From a virus (lineage: Duplodnaviria; Caudoviricetes), in the IMG/VR virus record IMGVR_UViG_3300030099_001381, positions 1 through 59,308 of that record: a stretch of 59,308 nucleotides of DNA. One strand, 5' to 3'. The position numbers were made by a program, and so were the translations under genes. A model generated the notes under the pieces. That model ran no database searches, was not told the origin of the DNA, and saw only the letters and a list, made by a program, of their open reading frames with translations. Below are positions 11,601 through 19,129 of the stretch, piece after piece. The stretch's first letter is position 1. Each line of letters begins with the position of its first letter.

Positions 11601-14075
11601 GGAGTGCCTTATTATGATTCAGCTTCTGTATTTGAAGGTGGTACTCAAAGAATAAATAAAACTTTTGTAGATAGAAATGGAAAAACACAGAGTGTTCATT
11701 TATTAAAAGCGATTGCTAATAATGTAGATGCTGAAGGTAATAGTTTAGAAAGTCAATTTCAAGAGTATGCAATATACAGAAGAATGAAAGCATTAACTAG
11801 CGATGAAAGAAAGAATAGTGAATTTGCTAAAAAATTAAAAGAAGAAAACAATGCTCTGTATAAAAAAATAGTAAATGATAAACAAAATCTTTTTGAACAA
11901 TTTGAACAAGACTATCCTCAAACAGTAGACCTATGGGAACAGTGGCAGTCATACAATGATTCTATACTAGAATACGCTAGAGATGCAGGTATTCTAAGTG
12001 ATGAATTAGCAGAGTATTATCGTCAGACAAGTGACTACATACCTTTTTATAAAGCACATGAAGATTTAAAATCAGGTAAATTTGATTTGTTCGGTGAAGA
12101 TGCTTTAGGCAATACAAGAAAAGGTGTTGAAAAAATAAATGATAAAGTTCTTACAAGAAAGTTAGATCAAAGTTTTGCACCAACAGAACTTGTTCCTGCT
12201 TACGAAGCTATGCTTGGTAATACATTATCTATTATGCAAGTTAGTGCTAAAAACATAACTAGACAAAGATTGGCTAGAGAACAAAGATTTTTAGGAACAG
12301 GTACAAATATTGAGTCTTCTCAGATATCAGATGTCGGACAAGAAAATGTATTCATGTACAAAGAAAATGGTCAAGAACAGTATATGCAAGTAAATGATAA
12401 GGCATTGGTTCAAGCATTAGAGTCATATAATGCTGATGGAACTATGTCAGCTTTACTTAATATAGTTGGATTTCCTTCTACTGTTTTAAGAGAATTTGTT
12501 ACAAGAGACCCTGGCTTTATGGCAGCTAACCTTCTTCGTGATACTATTTCTGCTTACGCTACATCAGGTGCTAACTTTATTCCTATCATTGACAGTGTAA
12601 AAGGATTAGCTACTGGTCTTGATAATATTAATAGATTTGGAATTGTTTCAGGTTATGACCTTTCAAGAGATGCCCTAAGTTTAAATAAATTTATTGATAA
12701 AGAATTAAAAAAGTTAGGTGTAGAACAAAATGGTGGTGTTCTTATGAAGCAATTCTTCACGCCAATGGGTATATGGGATAGATTAGGAGAGGCTACTACT
12801 CGTTCAGATGCGGCAACAAGACAAGCTGTTTACAAAAAAGTATTTGAAGCGACAGGAGATCAGTATGAAGCCGCATATCAAGCGTTAGAAGTTATAAACT
12901 TTAACAGAAGAGGAGCAAATCCTTATGTTAGAATAATAACAACTGCTATACCTTTCTTAAATGCTAGAATGCAAGGTCTTGATGTATTGTACAGAGCAGC
13001 ATCATCAGACTTGTACACAAGAAGAACAGGAAAACAATCAGAAAGAAGATACGGAGCAATGCAATCTCGTTTTGGAAAAGGAGATGACGAACTTAAAAAT
13101 CAAATGATAAGTACCTTCCTTGGAAGAATGGCATTGTTATCAGGTCTTACAGCAATATATTGGTTAATGGTAAGTGATGACGAAGATTATAAAAATTTAA
13201 CACCTGAACAAAAAGATAATAATTTCTTTATTCCAATTGCAGAAAATTATTCAATTAAAATTCCAATTGCTTTTGAAGTAGGTGTATTAACTAAAGTGAT
13301 ACCTGAAAGAACTCTTGAGTTAACATTTGGAGATGACAGTCTTAGAGATACAAAAGAAAGTGTATTTAGAAGTATAACTCAAACATTAAAGATTGATCCT
13401 TTAAACTTTCAAATAATAGCACCTTTGAGAGAAGCTATAGAAAATAAGAATAAATTTACAGGAAGACCTATTGAAAGTTATTTCATGGAAAAGTTAGAGC
13501 CTGGTGCTCGATCTATGGATTATACTAATGAACTTCTAAGAGTAATTGGAGAGGCTCTTAATATATCACCTATGAAACTAGAACACATTGCAAAAGGTTA
13601 TACAGGAACTATAGGAGGTTATATATTAGCCTTAACTGATAATGTAACTAGAACAATTACAGGAACTCCAAAAGTTCCATTTAGACCTTCTTCAGTGCCA
13701 TTTGGTAGATTTGTACAGGATGATTTAAGAAGAAGAGGTCTACAAAATCAATATTATGATCTACAACAAGAGGTAGATAAGGTTGTAGCAACAATCAATA
13801 GTCTTAAAAAGAAAGATAGATGGGATAAAGTAAAAGCATATAGGTATGCAAAGAAAGACATCATAAGTATTAAAAGTGAAATGAATCAAATACGAAAGTA
13901 TATGAAGAATTACAGAAACAAAAGAGATAGAATATCAAGAGATGAAACTCTTTCAAATGAAGTAAGAAAAAAATTACTTGACGAATTAGAATGGGAAAGA
14001 GATCAAAAATTAATGGTAATACCATTGCTAAGAGAAAGAGCAAACTTACCTTTTATTGATAAATTTAGTTTTTAA
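5628..14075 (+). CDS. Giant polyvalent virion protein (zincin-like HExxH peptidase, HhH/glycosylase-like domain, C-terminal LPD38-like domain)
   Basis: 2815 aa; HESIH...EEAIAE zincin motif (8373-8387); C-terminal PFLNARMQGLD / KIPIAFEVG / ENKNKFTGRPI signatures resemble LPD38; RBS AGGAGG upstream. Confidence 0.75.
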   Translation: MPQYRRLPNGQILELPDNLTQEQIEIVNERYFTAPQRGIESLPTEEDQDTSILGQIVETGKAVPRGFTSSLISSGEGIVSLFDKGNDSETLKKIRNARKYINEESFLAADDAYKDKFLTKFGEGLGSFATFATPGVALKVAGAAGKTIGTGSKIAATATGFGLAGTAGVSQQADQMETSKAKGIDISTGKEVASELAGLGIGFTEMLPIFGLLSRIPGGQVASDVAEKHMGKLLNKVRTQGGKAGKEVVKEAGKKGVASTVKRASRTAGEEAIQETVAGLAQELAGKGIYDSSIQVGGSAWDDFTVGGAVGFASDLLINAIIPGKQKNKVSAYNNEQKHEEETERVNKSNNPNATEVEYDVVEVGGKSVNEPLGYQVVEKNSGVVVSPRYKRPDEAINQKTILDNQKNEASLLLTTESNANDQGRSGDAQGKVAIIQANSDNANKVSRSEAQTIIVPQGATEKKSINDQWQSHINKKIKGKSKKAQNKRQKYIYGNSFTPAELLADKIITKKQYNETMQNKIDAMNIKKPSASTSDLNKTLKSKNIDEKIGSGSTGSTNFHSYLKALTGKDRWTKLNDTEKKYVNARIKQLPKANKKRKMIDTTASKYSLENINTVIETQDNNYNETGENQAYTIEEIQKIASTPNKINKDATNQMVERLVDSGRLTKINSGKDKGKYKFFKDRGKANAIENETQFQKQNLMDSEAFFETQAEFKARLSTKRDKDGNALLTPTEINQIAKNNSQKKVQDLGLGNILADEELLDFDGVVQDKEGRYRKTTIQKSTTDGLSKRERLSRAGLSAEEGSTVRKEKNKARLKSLIEKELKKKGLDKLGISAAVGKIFAKKDKTGFFDVSEGAGVYIPSLGQVVLNYDTFLDILPQNLDSLSDKQILSRKLILKDKDNQKTFDTTIGGTINHESIHALKDLNLFTQKEWVVLSNYVKNTKDPRYKGQTIEIENNKGRRLSIENPTYLEVQLQQNKNLDADGVIEEAIAEAFGVYTRNPNKFSGMPRNLFQRILDTLTSFFTAFDSSGLTANEIFSSIQEGDLTSSERLSDATMDTRPTELTEEEEIKYQRFTPAERQFIEKLVTLNDLVDGAPNGAVRLESMDAIIDAIQEQADRPRVRMTILPRNVREIVSSYSGYIRFNTDNSIRKRRQNRFGNEVKYQRINAETQPLLDVGLPYSEIGYQLDEWFKANGSEAENASIVKVNNLLKKTPTRETLKLDKTYLNDEGKEKTAFKNFAELKQSVQEILDEGNFDPNWYLKVGQEAEAIVGKDNMVEFSVLWAITSASTDPELNFQNTLEVMSLARGIDPKTGNKKHKDVYLDPKGFKRRVKALKMPTGSKYTIDEIGQFYEDANWTTKTDTSIKTPIYGLTTLMVKDGEYMPFMVADRWMYRTMGFTDAITKRAPKRSEIHYAQYMVKKLGSEQYTYNNGKNTRSLRPDEIQAALWFSIRNNSGNKQKTPGTIPSILEKSKKTIDSISFAKEKNYWSDVGSFINKDNLDLNPYERITYVGAGKFGTLQMPRMKKQEQERASKLFIEVNPGNERGYGKLTDESGNSVELTYEQVDRLTEEVMDSITDENGKINLLKKLGIPHQVTKTHGAYEGGVSPSYVIDILGQRINNTLLSDIAKTLGDALMQDAVVTTQTNPDGKRPASLLSKKVNEGQESAFTNEEITLINDAINSEGGISNYYNPNQRFPLGFTAKYINDSILIIDEQYNKFDDGDFSEESEDTRVRRFEEFQRYIQERLSNIDGLPEIEYSTAYTDGNYINDYTEATSGIRLQTDTEGSSDIQNAAVSDLYIPAWRSFTNFIQNEGLTTENNVAPYENAKTTALTKAISPNEVKYQRARAILQEANDNSKPNTTPRFNLKTTSPLAQTTVLEHIENEDKVGINPLDDEIKFQRTKKAETILGDDLNVKTENIPFGQRAIEQLSSFGRSFRFIVLDKLEAIERSSANFADKAGQTLLASTSAIGAARLGERVKGIIQETLTQGGVPYYDSASVFEGGTQRINKTFVDRNGKTQSVHLLKAIANNVDAEGNSLESQFQEYAIYRRMKALTSDERKNSEFAKKLKEENNALYKKIVNDKQNLFEQFEQDYPQTVDLWEQWQSYNDSILEYARDAGILSDELAEYYRQTSDYIPFYKAHEDLKSGKFDLFGEDALGNTRKGVEKINDKVLTRKLDQSFAPTELVPAYEAMLGNTLSIMQVSAKNITRQRLAREQRFLGTGTNIESSQISDVGQENVFMYKENGQEQYMQVNDKALVQALESYNADGTMSALLNIVGFPSTVLREFVTRDPGFMAANLLRDTISAYATSGANFIPIIDSVKGLATGLDNINRFGIVSGYDLSRDALSLNKFIDKELKKLGVEQNGGVLMKQFFTPMGIWDRLGEATTRSDAATRQAVYKKVFEATGDQYEAAYQALEVINFNRRGANPYVRIITTAIPFLNARMQGLDVLYRAASSDLYTRRTGKQSERRYGAMQSRFGKGDDELKNQMISTFLGRMALLSGLTAIYWLMVSDDEDYKNLTPEQKDNNFFIPIAENYSIKIPIAFEVGVLTKVIPERTLELTFGDDSLRDTKESVFRSITQTLKIDPLNFQIIAPLREAIENKNKFTGRPIESYFMEKLEPGARSMDYTNELLRVIGEALNISPMKLEHIAKGYTGTIGGYILALTDNVTRTITGTPKVPFRPSSVPFGRFVQDDLRRRGLQNQYYDLQQEVDKVVATINSLKKKDRWDKVKAYRYAKKDIISIKSEMNQIRKYMKNYRNKRDRISRDETLSNEVRKKLLDELEWERDQKLMVIPLLRERANLPFIDKFSF

Positions 14076-14530
14076 GTGGTTATAAGTTAAGTATTCCCTA
14101 GGGAATATTTAATATTTATCTGGCTAGCTGACCAGGCTCTACTAAAAAATACTATAAATATACTATAAACTTGAGATAATACTAAACAAAGCTGTAATAA
14201 TAAGCTGAACTACCATTGTTATTGATAAAAATTTAGTAAAATTCATATTAATCTCCTATATTAAATTCATCACACTGTTTTCTTTTTGAACCACAAGAAA
14301 TTGCATAGCCATCTTCATGATCTATGAACGAGTCACCAATAGAAAGTTGGTAGGAATAAACGATGACAAGACTTATTAGATTAACTAATAAGTTCCTCCA
14401 ACTTTTATTAACTAAGAATTAAATTCCCCATGATTTTTTCCTTATTTAAAATTAAACAAGACCTCTTATTGAGGTATTATCAAAGAAAAAACTTTAATTA
14501 GAAGATTGACATTACATTTTTTTTGAGTAT

Positions 14531-14569
14531 AAAAAATGCCCCCTAGAAGCTATGAAAAACTAGGGGGCA
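14531..14569 (-). terminator. Rho-independent terminator closing the TIGR-like array
   Basis: 10-bp stem TGCCCCCTAG/CTAGGGGGCA (14537-14546/14560-14569) followed by 6 T on the minus strand. Confidence 0.85.
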
Positions 14570-14570
14570 C

Positions 14571-14852
14571 TCACTCTTACTTAGCTGATGTTCGCTGTTG
14601 GTGATTCACTCGCACTCATTGATGTTGAACAGACCTGATTTACATTTCATACTTATGATGTTCGTGTTCAATGATTCATTCCAATTTTTCTGATGCTTCA
14701 TAAGCTTTGATTCATTTGATTGAGCTGATGTTCCATTACTTTGATTCATTTAATCTCTAAGATGTTCCATTATATTGATTCATTTATATGTAGTGATGTT
14801 CGCAGTCCATGATTCATTTGATTGAAGTGATGTTCGCATCCCATGATTTATT
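14571..14852 (-). ncRNA. TIGR-like dual-repeat guide-RNA array (8 units, period 34-36 nt)
   Basis: Alternating repeats AATGAATCA and GAACATCA (minus strand) separated by variable 8-nt and 9-10-nt spacers; plus-strand TGATG repeat starts at 14586, 14620, 14656, 14691, 14726, 14760, 14794, 14828; lies in the operon of a Nop/IS110-fold gene. Confidence 0.85.
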
Positions 14853-14988
14853 AATTAATATTAACACACTCAACCTTTGGTAATTCTTCTTTAGGTTGTG
14901 CAACAACTATTAACATACCAAAAACTATCAATGCAATAAAGAGTATTAATTTATCATGCCATTTAAGTATAGGTTCTTTTTTAATCAT
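14851..14988 (-). CDS. Small single-pass membrane protein (45 aa, not in ORF track)
   Basis: MIKKEPILKWHDKLILFIALIVFGMLIVVAQPKEELPKVECVNIN; start overlaps the end of 14981-15172 and stop abuts the array. Confidence 0.6.
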   Translation of the reverse strand: MIKKEPILKWHDKLILFIALIVFGMLIVVAQPKEELPKVECVNIN

Positions 14989-15172
14989 GTTTAAGTTTCC
15001 TTCTTTCTTTTTTTGCTTTCATGTTTTCTTTTCTAATTAAATCTCTAGCTTCAATGTTAATTACATATTTTTCCCATTTAGTTGCTCTTAATTTATTAGC
15101 ATCTACTCTTTGAGGTCTATGTGAAAAAATTTTACCTTTAGACCCTTTAGGTTTTATTTGTCTTTTACCCAT
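14981..15172 (-). CDS. Small basic hypothetical protein
   Basis: 63 aa Lys/Arg-rich, overlaps both neighbours in the tas operon. Confidence 0.6.
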   Translation of the reverse strand: MGKRQIKPKGSKGKIFSHRPQRVDANKLRATKWEKYVINIEARDLIRKENMKAKKERRKLKHD

Positions 15173-15365
15173 TTACCATCTCCCATTGATTTTTAAATTC
15201 TTTAATCCATATGATTTGATCTACTGTTAAATTTGGATAAAAATGTAACATTTCATCAGCAGATTTTAAATCATCATCAATAAATCCATTCTTAATACCC
15301 CATAAAGTGTATTCGTTTGTTAATTGATCAATTCTTTTGTTGTAGTATTGTGATTTTTTTTGCAT
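15165..15365 (-). CDS. Hypothetical protein
   Basis: 66 aa, TAATG-coupled to the Nop-domain gene. Confidence 0.65.
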   Translation of the reverse strand: MQKKSQYYNKRIDQLTNEYTLWGIKNGFIDDDLKSADEMLHFYPNLTVDQIIWIKEFKNQWEMVNG

Positions 15366-16204
15366 TATTTTTCTCCCAATGCTTCTTCTATTGTATGTGG
15401 TGGCTCAATTAAGTGAGCGTGATCTAAGTGTGATATTGCGTATGGAACAGGTGCTTTTCTTCCTGTTTCTTCTTCAAACCATACAGCATGAAGATGTGAT
15501 AAGAATAATTTAACAACCCATCTTTTTGCTATAGCATGGACATGAGCAGGTGGTAATTTACCTTTAATGTAACACTTGTATGCATCAGTAGTCTTACCAA
15601 AATTTTTCTTGTTTAACTGTGCTTTTGCATGATCTTTATAATAACCTTGCTCATTCCTATCTATTTCAAATTGCTTTCTTTTAGCATACTCTTTACCATA
15701 AAAAGCATCTTCAGACCCACTTACTTTTACAAATGATTCACCTAACTTCCAACATAAGTTTTTTAATGATGCATTCCAAGGTCTTCTCTTTCCTTTCTCC
15801 CAAACTTGATTAGGATTTAAACCTGCATAGTTCCATATGTGACCTACTGTTGGTGCTTTGTTGATATCTATATGTGCAAGTAAACCTGCTGATAAAACTC
15901 CTGCTACACCTTTATTATGTAACAACCATTTACCAACAGGTCTATTCATTACATATGTTTGGAGCAACCTCCTTATTTGTTTTTCTAAATAAGAAGATTG
16001 CTCTGCAAGATAAATTAGGGCATCATGCTCTTCTCCAATTTTAGAAGCCTCCCTAACTTGAGCATCTAACCTAATTCTGTCATCCTGCATTTGATAATAA
16101 TAATCTACCAACCATCTAAGTTCTGAGTTACCTAATTTAATAGCACTCTTGATTACATCTTTATTAATTTTAGCGATTGGTGTTAAGTATGTTGAATAGT
16201 CCAT
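15365..16204 (-). CDS. tasA: TasA-like Nop-domain / IS110-C-terminal-fold RNA-binding protein, no nuclease domain
   Basis: Coiled-coil (YYQMQDDRIR...LEKQIRRLL), then KGVAGVLSAGLLAHID...IWNYAGL and PWNASLK...LGESFVK motifs of the IS110 Tnp/Nop fold; no N-terminal DEDD/RuvC and no SG serine loop; adjacent dual-repeat array. Confidence 0.8.
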   Translation of the reverse strand: MDYSTYLTPIAKINKDVIKSAIKLGNSELRWLVDYYYQMQDDRIRLDAQVREASKIGEEHDALIYLAEQSSYLEKQIRRLLQTYVMNRPVGKWLLHNKGVAGVLSAGLLAHIDINKAPTVGHIWNYAGLNPNQVWEKGKRRPWNASLKNLCWKLGESFVKVSGSEDAFYGKEYAKRKQFEIDRNEQGYYKDHAKAQLNKKNFGKTTDAYKCYIKGKLPPAHVHAIAKRWVVKLFLSHLHAVWFEEETGRKAPVPYAISHLDHAHLIEPPHTIEEALGEK

Positions 16205-16236
16205 AATTTACCTCTCCGTATTAACTAATATTGACT

Positions 16237-16264
16237 AATATAATTATTAATTAATGACTGTCAA
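16237..16264 (-). promoter_or_regulatory. Sigma70-like promoter of the tas operon
   Basis: TTGACA-16 nt-TATATT, followed by GGAGAGG RBS upstream of ATG 16204. Confidence 0.65.
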
Positions 16265-16461
16265 GAGTTTATTTTAATATTTTTTATGTACGATCATTGT
16301 ATCTGAAGTTTGATACTCTTTGGCTCTTAATCTATATTATTCTTATGAAACACAAAAAAACAGTAAACAGTGAAATGATATGTAAAACTTTTTCCATTAG
16401 GCTATCCTTTGAAAAAAGGTATATACCTATTTTAGTATTAATCAAATCAATTCTAATAATC

Positions 16462-18057
16462 TCATGTATTTATTTCGTTAATATCTATATCAGTAAATAA
16501 AGGTGCATCACCCTCCAATCTTTTACGCATAATTTCAACATAATCAGGATTTAATTCAATAAGAACAGCATTTCTTTTTAACCTATCAGCAACAAGTCCT
16601 GTTGTTCCACTACCACCAAAGGGATCAAGAACAATTCCTTTTTCTGTTTCATCTGTATCGCAGTCACATTGTTTAGTTAAAACAATTTTTTTCTTAACAG
16701 ATTTGATATCATCAGTTTTAAATTCTATATAAGATAACCTTTTATCCATATCATGAAACTCTTCTGACCAATCATTAATAAAATCTTTACACTTATCCCA
16801 ATCTTCTACTGTAGGAAAAGAAAAACCACTCTTATCTCTGCGAAACCAATGTTCAATTTTAGTTAAAGGTATATCTGTTGATTCTGATAAAATTTTAGCA
16901 TTTGTTCTATTTCTAATAAAAGTTACAAATTGTTTTTGTTTTGGTAGATTAGGTCTAAATTCTATAATGTTTGTTCCTCTGTTTGCATGAAGACCTTGCC
17001 TGTGAGTTAACTCATTAAGTTCTGTTTGATATTTACCATGTGCACTAGATTTTTCTTTTAGTTTAATTTCTTGTGGTATTATAACTTCTTCATTTTTGTA
17101 TGCTTCACCACAGTTCTTACACACCTTTTCAGGACAACTTGCAAGTACACAAGGTTCAATTAATTTAGTAGGATAAACTGCAAAGTGAGCTTCCTTATAT
17201 GATTTAGTAGGACAAACCCAAACACTTCGTTTGTTTCTTGTTTCGTAAATCATTTTTCTTTCTCTAGTCAAACCATTAAATTGATTTTCTATATCTTTAG
17301 TTTTTTCCATGTTGATAGGAGTATCTTTACCCCATCTTTCTCCAACAGCTTCTTCTTTAATAGATTCATAATCGTAGTAATAGTGTTTGCTTTTAGACAA
17401 CAAAAAAATATACTCATGTGATTTTGTGCATCTGTCTGTCACACTTTCAGGCATTGGATTAGGTTTACTCCATATAATATCTTGTCTTAAATACCAACCT
17501 CTTTTTCTTAATTCAAAAGCCATCATCCATGGGATACCAACTAAATCTTTTGGTTTATAACCTGTTACTTTTCCTGTTGGCTTTCCATATTTTACACCTG
17601 CATCAATATGATTTTGTTGAATAGTTCCATCATCACAGTATTCATATCCTCTACCACCACCGATATAAGAATCTCCAAGATTTAACCAAAGAGTTCCTTC
17701 AGGCTTTAACACATCTTTGACTTTATCAAAAAGGTCTGCCATTTTATCAACATATTCTTCAGGGGTTTCCTCTAATCCTAATTGTTGATCTTGTCGAACA
17801 GCACCACATCTAGGACACTTTGATTTATAAATACCATCACCGATAGCACCCTCTAAATTTTTTTGTCCTGTTGAACATGATTCTGAATGTTTACTGTCTC
17901 TCTTATGAGAACAACTTGGGTCGCCTCCAACCCAAGTCGCTGTTCCATAATCTCTTAACCCCCAATAAGGTGGTGATGTTACACAAGTATCTATAGAATT
18001 TTTTTCTAAATTATCAAGTATATCAAGAGAGTTACCTTGTAATATTTTTATAGTCAT
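16462..18057 (-). CDS. Orphan DNA methyltransferase (N4-C/N6-A, beta class) with Cys-rich and HTH-like insertions
   Basis: Catalytic TSPPY near the N-terminus, IIWSKPNPMP, HFAVYP, C-terminal SAM-binding DPFGGSGTT. Confidence 0.9.
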   Translation of the reverse strand: MTIKILQGNSLDILDNLEKNSIDTCVTSPPYWGLRDYGTATWVGGDPSCSHKRDSKHSESCSTGQKNLEGAIGDGIYKSKCPRCGAVRQDQQLGLEETPEEYVDKMADLFDKVKDVLKPEGTLWLNLGDSYIGGGRGYEYCDDGTIQQNHIDAGVKYGKPTGKVTGYKPKDLVGIPWMMAFELRKRGWYLRQDIIWSKPNPMPESVTDRCTKSHEYIFLLSKSKHYYYDYESIKEEAVGERWGKDTPINMEKTKDIENQFNGLTRERKMIYETRNKRSVWVCPTKSYKEAHFAVYPTKLIEPCVLASCPEKVCKNCGEAYKNEEVIIPQEIKLKEKSSAHGKYQTELNELTHRQGLHANRGTNIIEFRPNLPKQKQFVTFIRNRTNAKILSESTDIPLTKIEHWFRRDKSGFSFPTVEDWDKCKDFINDWSEEFHDMDKRLSYIEFKTDDIKSVKKKIVLTKQCDCDTDETEKGIVLDPFGGSGTTGLVADRLKRNAVLIELNPDYVEIMRKRLEGDAPLFTDIDINEINT

Positions 18058-18059
18058 AT

Positions 18060-18383
18060 TTAGAAAGGTAAATCATCATCAGGTTCTACAGATGAAGGTG
18101 GATCAACTTTCATATTATCTACTTCAGTAGGCACAGCTTCAAGACTTATATAAATATAAGGATCATTTTTTTTAGTCATCCTTTCCCATAAAGCAACTTT
18201 TACTTTTGCTTTATTAACATTTTCAGGATCATCAGGAGCTGTGTTATTTTTTGCGTAAAGTACCATATCTTTTAAGACATCAGGGTCTATAAAGATATCT
18301 CCTGTAAACTTAGGATGTTTATCTGTAGTTTTATATTTATTACTCCATGCGTTTCCACCTGATTTTTTATACTGTTGTGGCAT
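18060..18383 (-). CDS. Putative single-stranded DNA-binding protein
   Basis: 107 aa, HPKFTG...VALW pattern, acidic DDDLPF tail typical of SSBs; next to the annealing protein. Confidence 0.7.
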   Translation of the reverse strand: MPQQYKKSGGNAWSNKYKTTDKHPKFTGDIFIDPDVLKDMVLYAKNNTAPDDPENVNKAKVKVALWERMTKKNDPYIYISLEAVPTEVDNMKVDPPSSVEPDDDLPF

Positions 18384-19129
18384 TATTTTTCTCCTTTTAA
18401 TTTTTGTTTAACAGATTTAGTTTTTTCAATTATATCATTGTAATATTCTGGCAGTTCTTCTTTTAGCTTTTTAAATTGTTTATTATTGATAGGGTCTTTA
18501 TAGAAATCATCAATCTCTTTTGCAGTAAGATTGTCTGAATCTAAATAAGAATCATATGCTTTCAAAAACATTTCTGATTTTGTTGTATCAACTTCTTCTT
18601 TAATATTCTCTAGGGAATTTTTATCTTTTGGTTCTAACGGCACAGTAGGTTGAGATAATGTTTTACCTTGTTGTTTCTCAGGTTCTTTCCCATAATCAGC
18701 TATATCTTCTTTTAACTGAGCATATAGACTCATACCTAAACCAAAACCAACTGATGCATTCTTTACAAAACATCTCATGATATTATTGTTTACAGTTTTT
18801 GCATCTAAGTTTGTTGTTGAGTTACCTTTAAAATCCATAACAGGTAGCCAAAAACTTCTAGTATGACCATGAATAGTAATTGTAGTTCCTACTTCACCTG
18901 TTCCATTTTGCAATAGTTTGTAAGGCATATCGTCATACATAATTCTATCCCAACTATAATCATCGCCATACATTTGCATAAGAATGGTATGAGTAACACC
19001 CCAAGAAAGATACTCAGCATCTCCCCACCCCATATCTTTTTTATCTGAATAAGATGAAACATCTACCTTATACAGTTCATTCCAAATCTCACTAAAAGAT
19101 TTTTCTTTTGTTTTCTTTTTTTCAGTCAT
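18383..19129 (-). CDS. Sak/Rad52-like single-strand annealing protein (DUF1071-like)
   Basis: YLSW, WLPVMD, MRCFVKN..GFGLGMSLY motifs. Confidence 0.75.
   Translation of the reverse strand: MTEKKKTKEKSFSEIWNELYKVDVSSYSDKKDMGWGDAEYLSWGVTHTILMQMYGDDYSWDRIMYDDMPYKLLQNGTGEVGTTITIHGHTRSFWLPVMDFKGNSTTNLDAKTVNNNIMRCFVKNASVGFGLGMSLYAQLKEDIADYGKEPEKQQGKTLSQPTVPLEPKDKNSLENIKEEVDTTKSEMFLKAYDSYLDSDNLTAKEIDDFYKDPINNKQFKKLKEELPEYYNDIIEKTKSVKQKLKGEK

Noticed and set aside
14571-14852. CRISPR array
   Set aside because: Repeats are only 8-9 nt and of two alternating types with 8-10-nt spacers; no cas1/cas2 or effector genes. Fits a TIGR-type array instead.
14571-14852. Array spacers targeting the phage's own palindrome or genes
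   Set aside because: Only isolated 7-8-nt matches were noticed (e.g. CCAACAGC near 17342), which is expected by chance; no paired match found by eye, though an exhaustive search was not possible.
15365-16204. IS110 insertion sequence / transposase
   Set aside because: Lacks the N-terminal DEDD RuvC domain and the SG catalytic-serine loop; embedded in a coupled phage operon with no element boundaries.
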